Positions 1-9,806 of a stretch of 64,000 nucleotides of DNA are shown here, piece after piece. Within the stretch, counting starts at the first letter, position 1. The number at the start of each line of letters is the position of its first letter. Position numbers and translations under genes: made by a program. The notes beneath the pieces are model-generated. The model ran no database searches, was not told the DNA's origin, and saw only the letters and a program-made list of their open reading frames with translations. The stretch comes from Dehalococcoidia bacterium (GTDB lineage: Bacteria; Chloroflexota; Dehalococcoidia; GIF9; UBA5629): contig JBEKIW010000001.1 of the NCBI GenBank assembly GCA_050011565.1, positions 352,001 to 416,000 of the forward strand, written 5' to 3'.

Positions 1-1
1 C

Positions 2-1363
2 GATAATTTGCCCCCGCATGATATTGAAGCTGAAAAAGCAGTGCTTGGCTCTATGCTTATTGACAGCGAGGGCATATTCAAAATTGCTACTTTCCTGGCG
101 CCGGAGGACTTCTTCAATCTGGAAAATCAGTTGGTTTACGAGGCCTGTTTCAACCTGTATCAGCGTAATGAGGGCATAAATCAAATAACCGTAGCCCGTG
201 AATTAATTCAGAAGGAAAGGTTGGAAGAGGTTGGAGGAGCTGCTTATCTGAGCCACCTGGTTTCTACGGTACCCACCTCTCTCCATATCGAGTATTATGC
301 ACAGATAGTATCCAGACTGGCTATAATGAGGCGGCTTATAAGCGCCGGCAGTCAAATTACTGCTCTTGGCTATGAAGCTGATGCCGAGGTTGATGTTGCG
401 CTCAGCAGGGCAGAGGACGTCCTGTTTAAGGTAAGGCAGAGACGGAGTCGCCAGGATTTTGTACTTATTCGTCAGGTTCTGGGCCAGTATTTTGAAGAAG
501 CCGGACCGACCCAGACCAGAGAAGAAGCTATTCCGCATGTGCTTACCTACTTCACGGCTGTAGACGATATATTAGGTGGCTTGCAGCGTTCCGACCTGAT
601 TGTTCTGGGCGCCAGACCAAGTGCCGGCAAGACCAGCCTGGCTCTGAATATCGCCCGAAATACGGCCATTAACCAGAAAGCCTGTGTTGCCCTATTTAGC
701 CTGGAAATGTCCCGGCAGGCGGTCGTCCAACGTCTTCTGTCAAATGAGGCCAATGTAGATTCCAAGAGCGTACGCTTGGGGCTTTATACGGAGAAGGAAG
801 AGAGAAGGATTATGGAAGCCAGCGGCATCCTTTCTGAAGTGCCCATCTACATTGACGATTCGCCCCAGATGAGAGTAGTGGAGATGCGGAGCAAGGCGAA
901 GCGACTTAATTTTGAGCGCACAGTCGACCTGGTTATCGTTGACTATCTACAGCTGATACAGGGAGCAGCTAGAAGCGAGAGTAGGGTACAGGAATTGAGC
1001 GAGATAACGCGCTCGCTGAAGGCGCTGGCTCGTGAGATAGAGGCACCGGTACTGGCTATTTCGCAGCTTAGCCGTGCCGTCGAATGGCGAGCATCTCACA
1101 AACCACAGCTGTCAGACCTGAGAGACAGCGGCAGCATCGAACAAGATGCCGATGTGGTTATGTTCATCTCGCGTGATGAAATGTATTTCACCGAAGACGA
1201 ATGGAAGAAAGCTCATGATATTGAAGTTGAACCTTATCCCAGGGGTATTGCCGACGTAATCATCGCCAAGCATCGTAATGGCCCGACCGGTGAGGTTAAA
1301 CTGCATTTTATTACCAAAACGGCCAAATTCGAAGACCTGGAGACTGAGTTGAGTGCGACCTAA
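2..1363 (+). CDS. dnaB: Replicative DNA helicase DnaB (probably 5'-truncated by the window edge)
   Basis: PPHDIEAEKAVLG N-terminus, Walker A GARPSAGKT, VIVDYLQL, LSQLSR, DLRDSGSIEQDAD and AKHRNGP. The frame is open to the window start. Confidence 0.97.
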   Translation, partial: DNLPPHDIEAEKAVLGSMLIDSEGIFKIATFLAPEDFFNLENQLVYEACFNLYQRNEGINQITVARELIQKERLEEVGGAAYLSHLVSTVPTSLHIEYYAQIVSRLAIMRRLISAGSQITALGYEADAEVDVALSRAEDVLFKVRQRRSRQDFVLIRQVLGQYFEEAGPTQTREEAIPHVLTYFTAVDDILGGLQRSDLIVLGARPSAGKTSLALNIARNTAINQKACVALFSLEMSRQAVVQRLLSNEANVDSKSVRLGLYTEKEERRIMEASGILSEVPIYIDDSPQMRVVEMRSKAKRLNFERTVDLVIVDYLQLIQGAARSESRVQELSEITRSLKALAREIEAPVLAISQLSRAVEWRASHKPQLSDLRDSGSIEQDADVVMFISRDEMYFTEDEWKKAHDIEVEPYPRGIADVIIAKHRNGPTGEVKLHFITKTAKFEDLETELSAT

Positions 1364-1383
1364 TATCATTTGGGCGACGAAAT

Positions 1384-2106
1384 ATGAGTGAGACAGTGTT
1401 TTCCGGCTTCCCCTCCAGAGCTGAGGTTACTCCCATACCTAATCTGTTCTTCACTGCAGTTATGCCGCGGATTAGTGGCGTGGCCGAGCTTAAGACAGTA
1501 TTGCATATTTTCTGGCTACTCAGCCGCCGCCGCGGCTACCCGCAGTTTGTAACCTGTGCTGAACTATTAGCTGACCCTATACTTATGGGTGGCATAGAGG
1601 CGGTAGGCGAGCCAAAAGAGGAAGTGCTTCGTGAAGCGCTTCGACAAACTGTGCAGCATGGCATAATGATGCATGTCAGAATTGATAGGGAAGGGCAGCC
1701 TGAAGACGCCTATTTTGTTAATAACGATGCTGGGAGAGACGCGGTCAGTAAAATTGAGCAAGGCGAGCTTCCGTCTCTGGTTTTAGCACCCCGGAAAGGT
1801 GAGGAAGCGGAAATTAAGCCGCTACCAAACATTTTCAGCCTTTATGAACAAAACATTGGAATGCTTAGGCCATTGATTGCCGAACAACTTCAGGAGGCGG
1901 AGAGACTTTATCCGGCAGATTGGATCGAGAGCGCTTTTAAGGAGGCTGCGGCTTTAAATAAGCGTAGCTGGAAGTACGTTCTTCGTATTTTAGAACGGTG
2001 GTCTATCGAAGGTAAAGATGATGGAAAGTTTAGGAGAGATACTGAAAAAGAGAGCGACCGGGAAAAGTACATCAGGGGCAAGTACGGACACATGGTTAAA
2101 GGGTGA
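1384..2106 (+). CDS. DnaD-domain replication protein
   Basis: N-terminal winged-helix-like 'TPIPNLFF' and C-terminal DnaB_2-like domain (NIFSLYEQNIG...WKYVLRILERW, a YxxxIxxxW motif). Lies between dnaB and the loader ATPase. Confidence 0.85.
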   Translation: MSETVFSGFPSRAEVTPIPNLFFTAVMPRISGVAELKTVLHIFWLLSRRRGYPQFVTCAELLADPILMGGIEAVGEPKEEVLREALRQTVQHGIMMHVRIDREGQPEDAYFVNNDAGRDAVSKIEQGELPSLVLAPRKGEEAEIKPLPNIFSLYEQNIGMLRPLIAEQLQEAERLYPADWIESAFKEAAALNKRSWKYVLRILERWSIEGKDDGKFRRDTEKESDREKYIRGKYGHMVKG

Positions 2107-3442
2107 ATCAGGAGCTAACAGCTCACCTGATTCGACTTGCCCGATATGTAAAGGAGCTGGCTTCATACATCCTTTATCGGCTTCGGGGCAGCCTGATTTC
2201 AGTCGAGTTGTTCCGTGCCAGTGCAGCCGGCAGGGATTGAAAAAGGAGAAACTGAGTCAGCTTCAACAATTCAGTAACCTTGGCGCTCTATCCCGGCTAA
2301 GTTTTGACAACCTCATACCGACCGGCAGATACGAAGATGCCGCGTTACAGCAGAATTTCACGAAAGCCTACGAAGCTGCCAAGGCTTTTGCCAATGAGCC
2401 GAAGGGGTGGTTGATTTTAGTTGGCCCGAACGGTTGTGGAAAAACGCATCTAGCCTGTGCCATCGCCAATTACCGGCTAAGTCTGGGTCAGCCCGCTTTT
2501 TATATAGGTGCCGCTGACCTGCTGGACCATCTCCGGAGCGCTTTCAGCCCCAGCAGTGAAATTGCTTATGACGAACTGTTCGAGCGGGTTAGAAATGCGC
2601 CGCTTTTAATCCTGGATGATTTGACCATGACGGCTACCACTGCCTGGGCTAAAGGAAAATTGGAACAGTTGCTGGATTATCGTTTCAATATGCGCTTACC
2701 TGCAGTTATCACCACCGATACGCCGATTGAAGAGTTTGACGAGAGTTTGCGAGGTCATCTGGCAGATTCTGAAATATGCAGTATATATGTAATCCGTGGA
2801 AAATCGACGTTGATTCTGGAGCATCTGGGCAGTATAGAGTTGGAGGCGTTACGCCAAAAAGCCTTCAATAATTTTGACTATAAGCTCTCGAATCTGTCAC
2901 CTGAGGAGCGCCAGAGCCTGGAGCAGGCCTACCGGAATGCCGTCAATTTTGCTAAATCCCCGGAAGGCTGGTTAGTTTTTATGGGTGTCAACGGTTGCGG
3001 CAAAACACATCTGGCGGCCGCCGTTGCTAACTATCTGCGCCGGGAGAGTAAATCAGTACTGTTCATCGTGGTTACCGACCTCCTCGATTATTTGCGTTCC
3101 ACTTTTAACCCGGAGAGCAGAGTTACCTACGACGAGCTCTTCGAGAAAATTAAGAAGGCCCCGGTGCTTATTCTGGATGATTTTGGTGAGCAGTCAGCGA
3201 CGCCGTGGGCTCAGGAAAAGCTCTATCAGCTAATAAACTATCGTTATAATGCCAGATTAGCCACTGTAATTACTACCTGCCTGTCACTGGATGAGATTGA
3301 AAGCCGCATAAGCTCCCGTATGGTTGACCCCAGCCTCAGCCTGGTCTTGAGAATCAATGCCCCCGATTATCGGGGTGATATAAAAGCCCCACGAGCTCGT
3401 GAAACCAAGTCCCAGCAACGATACCCGCGGCGAAATCGCTAG
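2018..3442 (+). CDS. DnaC/DnaI/IstB-like helicase-loader ATPase with an N-terminal Zn finger and two tandem AAA+ domains
   Basis: CPICKG...CQC Zn site; two Walker A motifs (GPNGCGKT, GVNGCGKT) and two Walker B motifs (LLILDD, VLILDD). Overlaps the dnaD-like gene by 89 nt. Confidence 0.85.
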   Translation: MMESLGEILKKRATGKSTSGASTDTWLKGESGANSSPDSTCPICKGAGFIHPLSASGQPDFSRVVPCQCSRQGLKKEKLSQLQQFSNLGALSRLSFDNLIPTGRYEDAALQQNFTKAYEAAKAFANEPKGWLILVGPNGCGKTHLACAIANYRLSLGQPAFYIGAADLLDHLRSAFSPSSEIAYDELFERVRNAPLLILDDLTMTATTAWAKGKLEQLLDYRFNMRLPAVITTDTPIEEFDESLRGHLADSEICSIYVIRGKSTLILEHLGSIELEALRQKAFNNFDYKLSNLSPEERQSLEQAYRNAVNFAKSPEGWLVFMGVNGCGKTHLAAAVANYLRRESKSVLFIVVTDLLDYLRSTFNPESRVTYDELFEKIKKAPVLILDDFGEQSATPWAQEKLYQLINYRYNARLATVITTCLSLDEIESRISSRMVDPSLSLVLRINAPDYRGDIKAPRARETKSQQRYPRRNR

Positions 3443-3507
3443 CTTCCAGGTATTTGTAGGCCAGGGATTTTCTTGCTAAAATAACCAAAATTGTTCAGGG
3501 TAGCATC

Positions 3508-4011
3508 GTGGTAAATTCACCGGTCTTAGTACTTAATCAAAATTATGAGCCACTTAACATATGCAGAGTGCGCCGGGCTATAATCTTGCTGTTCCGCGGC
3601 AAGGCTGAGGTTTTGGAGAATGGGCGGGGAAATCTCCATTCTAGCGATGGCGTTTTCGATATCCCTTCTGTGATTAGACTCGGTTATTTTATCAAGCGCC
3701 CGCGGCAGCAGCGGAAATTGACCAAGCTTGAGGTTTTCAATCGTGACCTGTATGTTTGTCAGTACTGTGGCCGGGAAGGCAAGGAACTAACCTTGGACCA
3801 TGTTACACCGCGGCGGCGCGGTGGCCAACATAGCTGGGAAAATGTGGTAAGCGCCTGCATACCTTGTAACCGACGCAAGGCCGGGCGAACACCGGTCGAG
3901 GCCGGGATGCCGCTCCTTCGCCAACCGAGACAACCACGCAGTGATGGCTTCTACGTGCCCTTCCAGTACCTCCGTGTTCATACCGAGTGGCAGAAGTACG
4001 TACCTCAGTGA
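3508..4011 (+). CDS. HNH endonuclease (McrA/HNH_5-like)
   Basis: VLVLNQNYEPL N-terminus; RD..CQYCG, TLDHV.P, NVVSAC..CN.RK motifs. Candidate own promoter upstream (TGcTAAAAT extended -10). Confidence 0.9.
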   Translation: MVNSPVLVLNQNYEPLNICRVRRAIILLFRGKAEVLENGRGNLHSSDGVFDIPSVIRLGYFIKRPRQQRKLTKLEVFNRDLYVCQYCGREGKELTLDHVTPRRRGGQHSWENVVSACIPCNRRKAGRTPVEAGMPLLRQPRQPRSDGFYVPFQYLRVHTEWQKYVPQ

Positions 4012-4847
4012 ACCTGGGTCTTTGTCTGCTGGCTGCCACCTTCCGGTTTTGCTTGCCAGTGTACCTGGCTAAGCGGTAATTCTACGGTAACCCCTGTTTC
4101 TAATTCTACGGTTACTGTCTCTTTAATCGAATTACAGCTAACGACTTTAGCATTGCCCAAGGCTGTAGATACTTCTTGTCGCAATGCCGGCATTTTTTCT
4201 TTCGTTGCCCGGTATTGCTCGTATTCATAGCCCAAACAGCAGAGGAGTCGACCGCAGATGCCGGACGTTTTCATCGGGTTGAGTGTAATATCTTGCTCTT
4301 TTGCCATCTTGATGGAAACTGGCGCAAACTCACTGAGGAAAGTGGTACAGCATAGCGGGCAGCCACATTTACCCAAGCCGCCGACTAACTTTGCCTCGTC
4401 CCTGGCTCCCACCTGCCTTAGTTCGACGCGTGCCTTGAGACTGCGGCTCAACTCCCGAACAAGCTCGCGGAAATCGACTCTTTTTTCAGCACTGAAAAAG
4501 ACGGTAAGATGGCTTCCATCCAGATTGTACTGAGCCCATATCGGTTTCATTGGCAGGTTGAGTTTTTCTATTAGCTCTCTACATTTGGCTACGGCGTTCT
4601 TTGCCCGTTCTTGTTGCCGGTTAGCTCTTTCTATGTCTTCGGCCAGCGCTTTGCGGATAACCGGTTTTAACGGCTCGGTTATTTCACTGTGAATGACTTG
4701 TTTTGGGGAGATGACCACTTTACCGAGTTCATGGCCGTGGCTGGTCTCAACCACCACGTCATCATTTGTTTCCAACGGGATATCCGCAGCGTCAAAGTAG
4801 TAAACTTTGCCAGCCGACTGTAAACGAACTCCAACTGTTTCTGACAT
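4005..4847 (-). CDS. PSP1/YaaT (RicT, stage 0 sporulation family) protein
   Basis: RVDFRELV, RQVGARDEAK, GLGKCG.PLCC, SGICGRLLCCL.YE motifs. Follows holB, the usual holB-yaaT synteny. Confidence 0.92.
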   Translation of the reverse strand: MSETVGVRLQSAGKVYYFDAADIPLETNDDVVVETSHGHELGKVVISPKQVIHSEITEPLKPVIRKALAEDIERANRQQERAKNAVAKCRELIEKLNLPMKPIWAQYNLDGSHLTVFFSAEKRVDFRELVRELSRSLKARVELRQVGARDEAKLVGGLGKCGCPLCCTTFLSEFAPVSIKMAKEQDITLNPMKTSGICGRLLCCLGYEYEQYRATKEKMPALRQEVSTALGNAKVVSCNSIKETVTVELETGVTVELPLSQVHWQAKPEGGSQQTKTQVH

Positions 4848-4849
4848 TA

Positions 4850-5890
4850 TTATTTTACGGGTCCGGGTAACGTTGCCTGGCCCGGTGCCCTCTCCTTTCC
4901 AGGTATATTAAGCATAAGTATTTCAAACACCAAGCGTAAGTTAGCATTTATGGCGATTTGATTTAGCGATTTTTGCAGGCTATCGATGAAATCCCTGACA
5001 TCCGACAAACTTAGTACCTCATCCCATTGCTCAAGTACAGGCATATAATCGATATTGGTGACAGCTTGTTTGCATCCGCATTTGGTCAACATCACATCAC
5101 GCCACCAGGCTAGCCAGAGTTTTATTATCTCTTCGGCGGATTTACGTTCATTGGCAAGTCTAGCCGCGTAATTGAAGCGCTCTTCCCAGCCGGTGGTTAG
5201 CAGGGAAAACATCTCGGCTAGTCTTTGGTTCCGCTGCGCCAGATAACTGTCGTCAATTGAAACGCTTAATGCCCAGCCAAAGCAGCCGTGAGACAATCGG
5301 GCTAGGAGTCCGGCCTTATCACGCTCAATTCCGTATGATTCCATGAGCATCTTCTCGACTTCATCACTTGACAGCGGCTTTAGCTCGAGGCGCTGGCAAC
5401 GCGATACAACCGTTGGCAGTAGCCGCTGCTCTTCCGCGGTCAGGAGAAGTATGATTACCTGAGGCGGCGGTTCCTCTATTGTCTTAAGCAAGCAATTTGC
5501 CGCCTCGGTGGACAAATATTCAGCGCCATCAATAATGAATACTTTACATTTACCCTCGAACGGCGGCAAGCTAGCATTGTGTTGCAGTTCCCTAATGTCA
5601 TCGATACTGATCTCCACTCGTGCTTTCGTGTCACCAGAGTCTTTGGCCGAGTTCAAGGATATGATTCGAATATCAGCATGCTTGCCGTCACTGATTCTCT
5701 TGCAGGATTGACATTGACCGCATGGCGGCTCGCTTCCCTGACAGTTCAAAGCTCGGGCTAAGTCGAGAGACAACGTCATCTTACCTATGTGAGGCGCCCC
5801 TACAAAAAGATAAGCATGAGCCAGACTGCCGGTTTGAAGGCCATGTTTAAGTAAAGCTAAAGCTTCGGGTTGCCCGATAGTTTGCCACAT
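4850..5890 (-). CDS. holB: DNA polymerase III subunit delta'
   Basis: HAYLFVG...GK, C..PCGQCQSC Zn site, AANCLLKTIEEPP, LLPTVVSRC. Confidence 0.93.
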   Translation of the reverse strand: MWQTIGQPEALALLKHGLQTGSLAHAYLFVGAPHIGKMTLSLDLARALNCQGSEPPCGQCQSCKRISDGKHADIRIISLNSAKDSGDTKARVEISIDDIRELQHNASLPPFEGKCKVFIIDGAEYLSTEAANCLLKTIEEPPPQVIILLLTAEEQRLLPTVVSRCQRLELKPLSSDEVEKMLMESYGIERDKAGLLARLSHGCFGWALSVSIDDSYLAQRNQRLAEMFSLLTTGWEERFNYAARLANERKSAEEIIKLWLAWWRDVMLTKCGCKQAVTNIDYMPVLEQWDEVLSLSDVRDFIDSLQKSLNQIAINANLRLVFEILMLNIPGKERAPGQATLPGPVK

Positions 5891-5895
5891 ATTTT

Positions 5896-7236
5896 CTAAA
5901 TTACATCCAATCTCATTAGGTCCTTATAGGTTTCGCGCTTACGAATGAGACGAGCCTTGCCGTCCTTGACCATAGCAATAGCCGGCCTGGGGACCATATT
6001 ATAGTTGCTCGACATGGGTATTGAATAAGCGCCGCTGACCGGTATAGCGATGATATCTCCTGCCGATACAGAGGCCAGGCTCACGTCTCTGGCTAAAATA
6101 TCACCCGACTCACAATATTTGCCGGCGATAGTAACCTTTGTCGACTCATCTTGGTCAACTTTGTTTGCCGCCAGAACTTCATATCTTGCTTCGTAAAGTG
6201 CCGGGCGAATGTTATCTCCCATACCGCCGTCCACGCAGACGTATTTCCGCACGCCGGGTATCTCTTTTATGGAACCAACGGTATACAATGCCACGCCAGC
6301 CTGTGCCACAACGGCTCTCCCCGGTTCGATAATTAGCTTCGGGCGTGTTAGTCCGAGTTCTTTAGCAAGACCTGTAACCTTGGCAGTTATAGCTTCGGCG
6401 TAATCAGCTATGCTTGGTGTTTGTTCGTCTAGGGCATATCTGACAGCGAATCCGCCGCCGGAGCTGAACTCATCCAGAGAAAAACCATGCTTGTCTTTCA
6501 TCTCCCTGGCAAAATTAAGGGCCAGGCTTATAGCTGCCTGATAGGGTGCGGTGTCCGGTATCGGTGAACCCAGGTGAAAATGGAGGCCAACGAGATTTAG
6601 GTTAGAGGCCGATATTGCTTTGGCCACGGCTGTTTCTGCCTGTCCGGTGGTAAGCGGAAAACCGAATTTGCTGTCCAGCATGCCGGTGGTAGTATGGCGA
6701 TGGGTGTGTGGGTCGACACCCGGCGTGAGGCGGAGCAAAATATTCTGTCTAACTCCCGTCTCACGAGCCAATGTATTGAGTAGCTCCAGTTCATAGAAGT
6801 TATCGACCACAATCCGCCCGATTCCCCAATCCAGAGCTAGCTTTAGCTCATTCGAGGTCTTATTATTGCCATGGAAGTATACGTTTTCCCTGGGGAAATC
6901 CACTGATTGAGCCACGCTCAGCTCTCCACCGGAAACGACATCGAGTCCCAGACCTTCCTCTTTGAGGATTGTAGCTAAAGCCCGGTTCAGGAAAGCCTTT
7001 GAAGCGTATAGAATCATTGTGTCTGAATAACGCCTGGTGAACTCCGCCTTGAACTCCCGGCACCTGGAGCGGAGAGTGTCCTCGTCGAAAACATAGAGTG
7101 GAGTGCCGAATTTCTTCGATAGCTCTACACAGTCGCAGCCACCAATTTGAAGGTGACCGTGGCTGTCAACCTTAGCTGTCAATGGAAACAATGAAAGCTT
7201 ATGTGAATCGCTTTGGCGCATATAATCAACATCCAA
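5896..7236 (-). CDS. lysA: Diaminopimelate decarboxylase (start may be the ATG at 7221)
   Basis: FGTPLYV, YASKA (PLP lysine), SKFG, HFHLGS, EPGR, CESGD, GAY..MSSNYN. Confidence 0.96.
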   Translation of the reverse strand: MDVDYMRQSDSHKLSLFPLTAKVDSHGHLQIGGCDCVELSKKFGTPLYVFDEDTLRSRCREFKAEFTRRYSDTMILYASKAFLNRALATILKEEGLGLDVVSGGELSVAQSVDFPRENVYFHGNNKTSNELKLALDWGIGRIVVDNFYELELLNTLARETGVRQNILLRLTPGVDPHTHRHTTTGMLDSKFGFPLTTGQAETAVAKAISASNLNLVGLHFHLGSPIPDTAPYQAAISLALNFAREMKDKHGFSLDEFSSGGGFAVRYALDEQTPSIADYAEAITAKVTGLAKELGLTRPKLIIEPGRAVVAQAGVALYTVGSIKEIPGVRKYVCVDGGMGDNIRPALYEARYEVLAANKVDQDESTKVTIAGKYCESGDILARDVSLASVSAGDIIAIPVSGAYSIPMSSNYNMVPRPAIAMVKDGKARLIRKRETYKDLMRLDVI

Positions 7237-7335
7237 TTATCTTTAGACATAATACATGATAATTATACTATTCTCATAGCTAATCTGCCATCCTGGCATA
7301 AAGGCCAATGAATTGAGTTCACATTCAAAGATGTC

Positions 7336-8271
7336 TTAAGCAGTTGACTCTGTGGTATCGGTAAAAGACTGATAATTGCTCGCCCGCTCAAGGTAGCATT
7401 GCCATCGGGCGTTTACCCAGTCCTGCAATTGAGCTAGCTTCCCTTCGGAAATGTCTTTGAACCTACCTTGAAGGGCCAGGTATTCCCTTACCGGCTTTAG
7501 CTTGCCTTTACGGGCGAGAGATGCACTGGCTGAGGTGAGATGAAAGACGCTATCCTGAATCTCATAAAGCACGACCATGCCCGTTTCCACCGCCAGTTGG
7601 CCGATTTTGACGGTATCGCTGTAGGGGAATTGCCATCCGGGAGCGCAGGGCGTAAACACATGTATGAACCTGGTACCTTTTATTGCCTTGGCTTTTCTGA
7701 CTTTTTCGTAAAGGTCCAGCGGGTAAGAGGCATTGGAAGTGGCAATATATGGAAGGCAGTGCGCTTCCATTATGGCAGCTATGTCCTTAGGGTTCTGTTG
7801 CTTGCCCAGTATAGGTGTAGTGCCTGTGATAGCGCCCAGGGGCGTGGAGCCTGAGCGTTGATTGCCGGTATTCATATAACCTTCGTTGTCATAGCAGATA
7901 TAGATGAAATCCTCCTGTCTCTCTGCAGCTCCGCTTAGCGACTGAATGCCAATATCATGTGTACCGCCATCGCCGGCCATGGCCAGAACAGTCAATCCTT
8001 TTCTGCCGGTAGCCCTGAGTCCGGCAACCAGTCCGGTTGCTGAGGCGCCGGTGGAGGCGAACGGTGTATTCACGCAGGGCACAGTAACCGATGTTATGGG
8101 ATACATGCCGTGCAGCACGGTGAGACAGCTGGCCGGCACCGTGACAATGACCTGTCCATCTAACGCCTTCAAAATGTGGCGATAGGCTAGAGCTAAGGCA
8201 CAGCCCGGGCAGGTCCTATTGCCCGGCAGCGCGTATTCTGTTTCAGTCAGGTTGACCGCATTTACTTTCAC
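7336..8271 (-). CDS. porB: 2-oxoacid (pyruvate):ferredoxin oxidoreductase beta subunit
   Basis: CPGC; TPP-binding GDGGT.DIG...YDNEGYMNTG; PC..GW. Confidence 0.9.
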   Translation of the reverse strand: MKVNAVNLTETEYALPGNRTCPGCALALAYRHILKALDGQVIVTVPASCLTVLHGMYPITSVTVPCVNTPFASTGASATGLVAGLRATGRKGLTVLAMAGDGGTHDIGIQSLSGAAERQEDFIYICYDNEGYMNTGNQRSGSTPLGAITGTTPILGKQQNPKDIAAIMEAHCLPYIATSNASYPLDLYEKVRKAKAIKGTRFIHVFTPCAPGWQFPYSDTVKIGQLAVETGMVVLYEIQDSVFHLTSASASLARKGKLKPVREYLALQGRFKDISEGKLAQLQDWVNARWQCYLERASNYQSFTDTTESTA

Positions 8272-8284
8272 AATATGACCTTTT

Positions 8285-9508
8285 TCAGATATAACATACC
8301 CATTCCGGATACTCGATGTTTAAAGCGCCTGATTTCATTGCGGGTAGCGCGCTTCTTACGGCATCCGCCAGTTCTCTGGCTTTAACATCTCGTCCGCCCA
8401 GTCCGACGATAAAGTTTCGGATGGCTGCCTTTGTCTGGCTCCCGTACAAAGCCGACTTGATTTCCGAGCAGGTAGCTCCCTCGGAGCCGTAGCTGATATT
8501 CTTGTCGAAGACCGCAACCAGACGAGCCTTTTCGAGTGCCTTTACCAAAGCAGCTTTAGGAAACGGTCTGAACACTCTCAAACCCAGCACACTGACTTTG
8601 TGCTCCTCTTCCCGTAGCATTTCTGCCGCCACCGTGGCTTCCATTGCCAGGCTGCCCATGGCAACGATTACTATGTCGGCATCGTCGATGTCATCTTCCC
8701 AGAACATGCCGGCATAATCCCGGCCAAACAATTTGCCGAATTCCTTACCTACTTTCGTTATTGTTTTGGCCGAGTTTTGCAGCGCCTCCTGGAGCAGGTA
8801 TCTCAGCTCCATATACCCGTGGCAGAGAATGCCTTCAGCATTAACTCTGGGGTCGGCGAGGGTTACCAGGTTGTAATTCTTGGGATTGGCCGGGTCCAAT
8901 GTAGTATGAGGTTTATACGGGGGCAGGAATTTATCCACCTCCTCTTGTGATGGTACTTGAACAGGCATCTCAGTATGAGATAGGACATAGCCGTCGTAAC
9001 AGACCATAACGGGTACGAACACTGTTTCGGCAATCTTATACGCCTGGATAATAGTATCCAGAATTTCTTGGTTGTTTCGAGCATATAGTTGTATCCAGCC
9101 GGTATCACGCTGGGATATGGAGTCCTGCTGGTCGTTGAGTATGTTCCAGGGTGCGCCGATGGCGCGGTTAACGCAGGTGAGCACCACTGGCAGGCGTGCT
9201 CCAGCCGCCCAATGCAGCATTTCGTGCATATAAGCTAAGCCATGGGCACTTGTAGCAGTAAAGGTTCTGGCTCCTACCAGAGATGCCGAGGTACAGACCG
9301 CCATGGCGCTGTGTTCGCTCTCGACGGCAACATATTCAGCCTTTAGGTCGCCTCTTTCCACAAATTCGGAAAGTGTTTCGGTAACCGGCGTCTGTGGTGT
9401 AATGGGGTAGGCAGCTATAACCTGCACGCGGCTTAGTTTGGCTCCTTCAGCAGCCGCCTGATTACCGTCCAGCAATCGAAAATTGGCTTTGTTGGTTCTC
9501 TTTGCCAA
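8285..9508 (-). CDS. porA: 2-oxoacid (pyruvate):ferredoxin oxidoreductase alpha subunit
   Basis: GNQAAA, AYPITPQT, ESEHSAM, TATS..GL, VNRA, GLGGRD. Confidence 0.92.
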   Translation of the reverse strand: MAKRTNKANFRLLDGNQAAAEGAKLSRVQVIAAYPITPQTPVTETLSEFVERGDLKAEYVAVESEHSAMAVCTSASLVGARTFTATSAHGLAYMHEMLHWAAGARLPVVLTCVNRAIGAPWNILNDQQDSISQRDTGWIQLYARNNQEILDTIIQAYKIAETVFVPVMVCYDGYVLSHTEMPVQVPSQEEVDKFLPPYKPHTTLDPANPKNYNLVTLADPRVNAEGILCHGYMELRYLLQEALQNSAKTITKVGKEFGKLFGRDYAGMFWEDDIDDADIVIVAMGSLAMEATVAAEMLREEEHKVSVLGLRVFRPFPKAALVKALEKARLVAVFDKNISYGSEGATCSEIKSALYGSQTKAAIRNFIVGLGGRDVKARELADAVRSALPAMKSGALNIEYPEWVCYI

Positions 9509-9526
9509 AGACAGACCCTTTCTACA

Positions 9527-9802
9527 TTACACCATGGTGATAGCCTGAACCGGGCACACCCGACTGCATATTCCGCAGCCCTTGCAGTAATCCATGTTTA
9601 TCTTGATAGGTATGGTCTTTTGGATGACGGCATCCGGGCAGTACATCCAGCACAGAAAGCAGGATGGTTTCTTCTGCCTGGCTGGAGTGCACTTGCTATG
9701 ATTTACGACCGGCATCAGGCTGCGCCATTCACCTGTCTTGCCAGCTTCGCCGACGGCTGGAGAAGACTCATCGCAAATATGTTTGCAATCTCTGGTTCCC
9801 AT
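9527..9802 (-). CDS. porD: 2-oxoacid:ferredoxin oxidoreductase delta subunit (2x[4Fe-4S])
   Basis: KTGEWR..P, C..CWMYCPD, YCKGCGICSRVCP. Confidence 0.9.
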   Translation of the reverse strand: MGTRDCKHICDESSPAVGEAGKTGEWRSLMPVVNHSKCTPARQKKPSCFLCWMYCPDAVIQKTIPIKINMDYCKGCGICSRVCPVQAITMV

Positions 9803-9806
9803 AGTC

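Noticed and set aside
1384-4011. Prophage or IS21 element (DnaD + IstB-like ATPase + HNH)
   Set aside because: No integrase, IstA transposase, terminal repeats or structural genes; the genes are contiguous with dnaB and holB.
7237-7335. Lysine riboswitch upstream of lysA
   Set aside because: The intergenic region is too short and AT-rich, with no L-box features.
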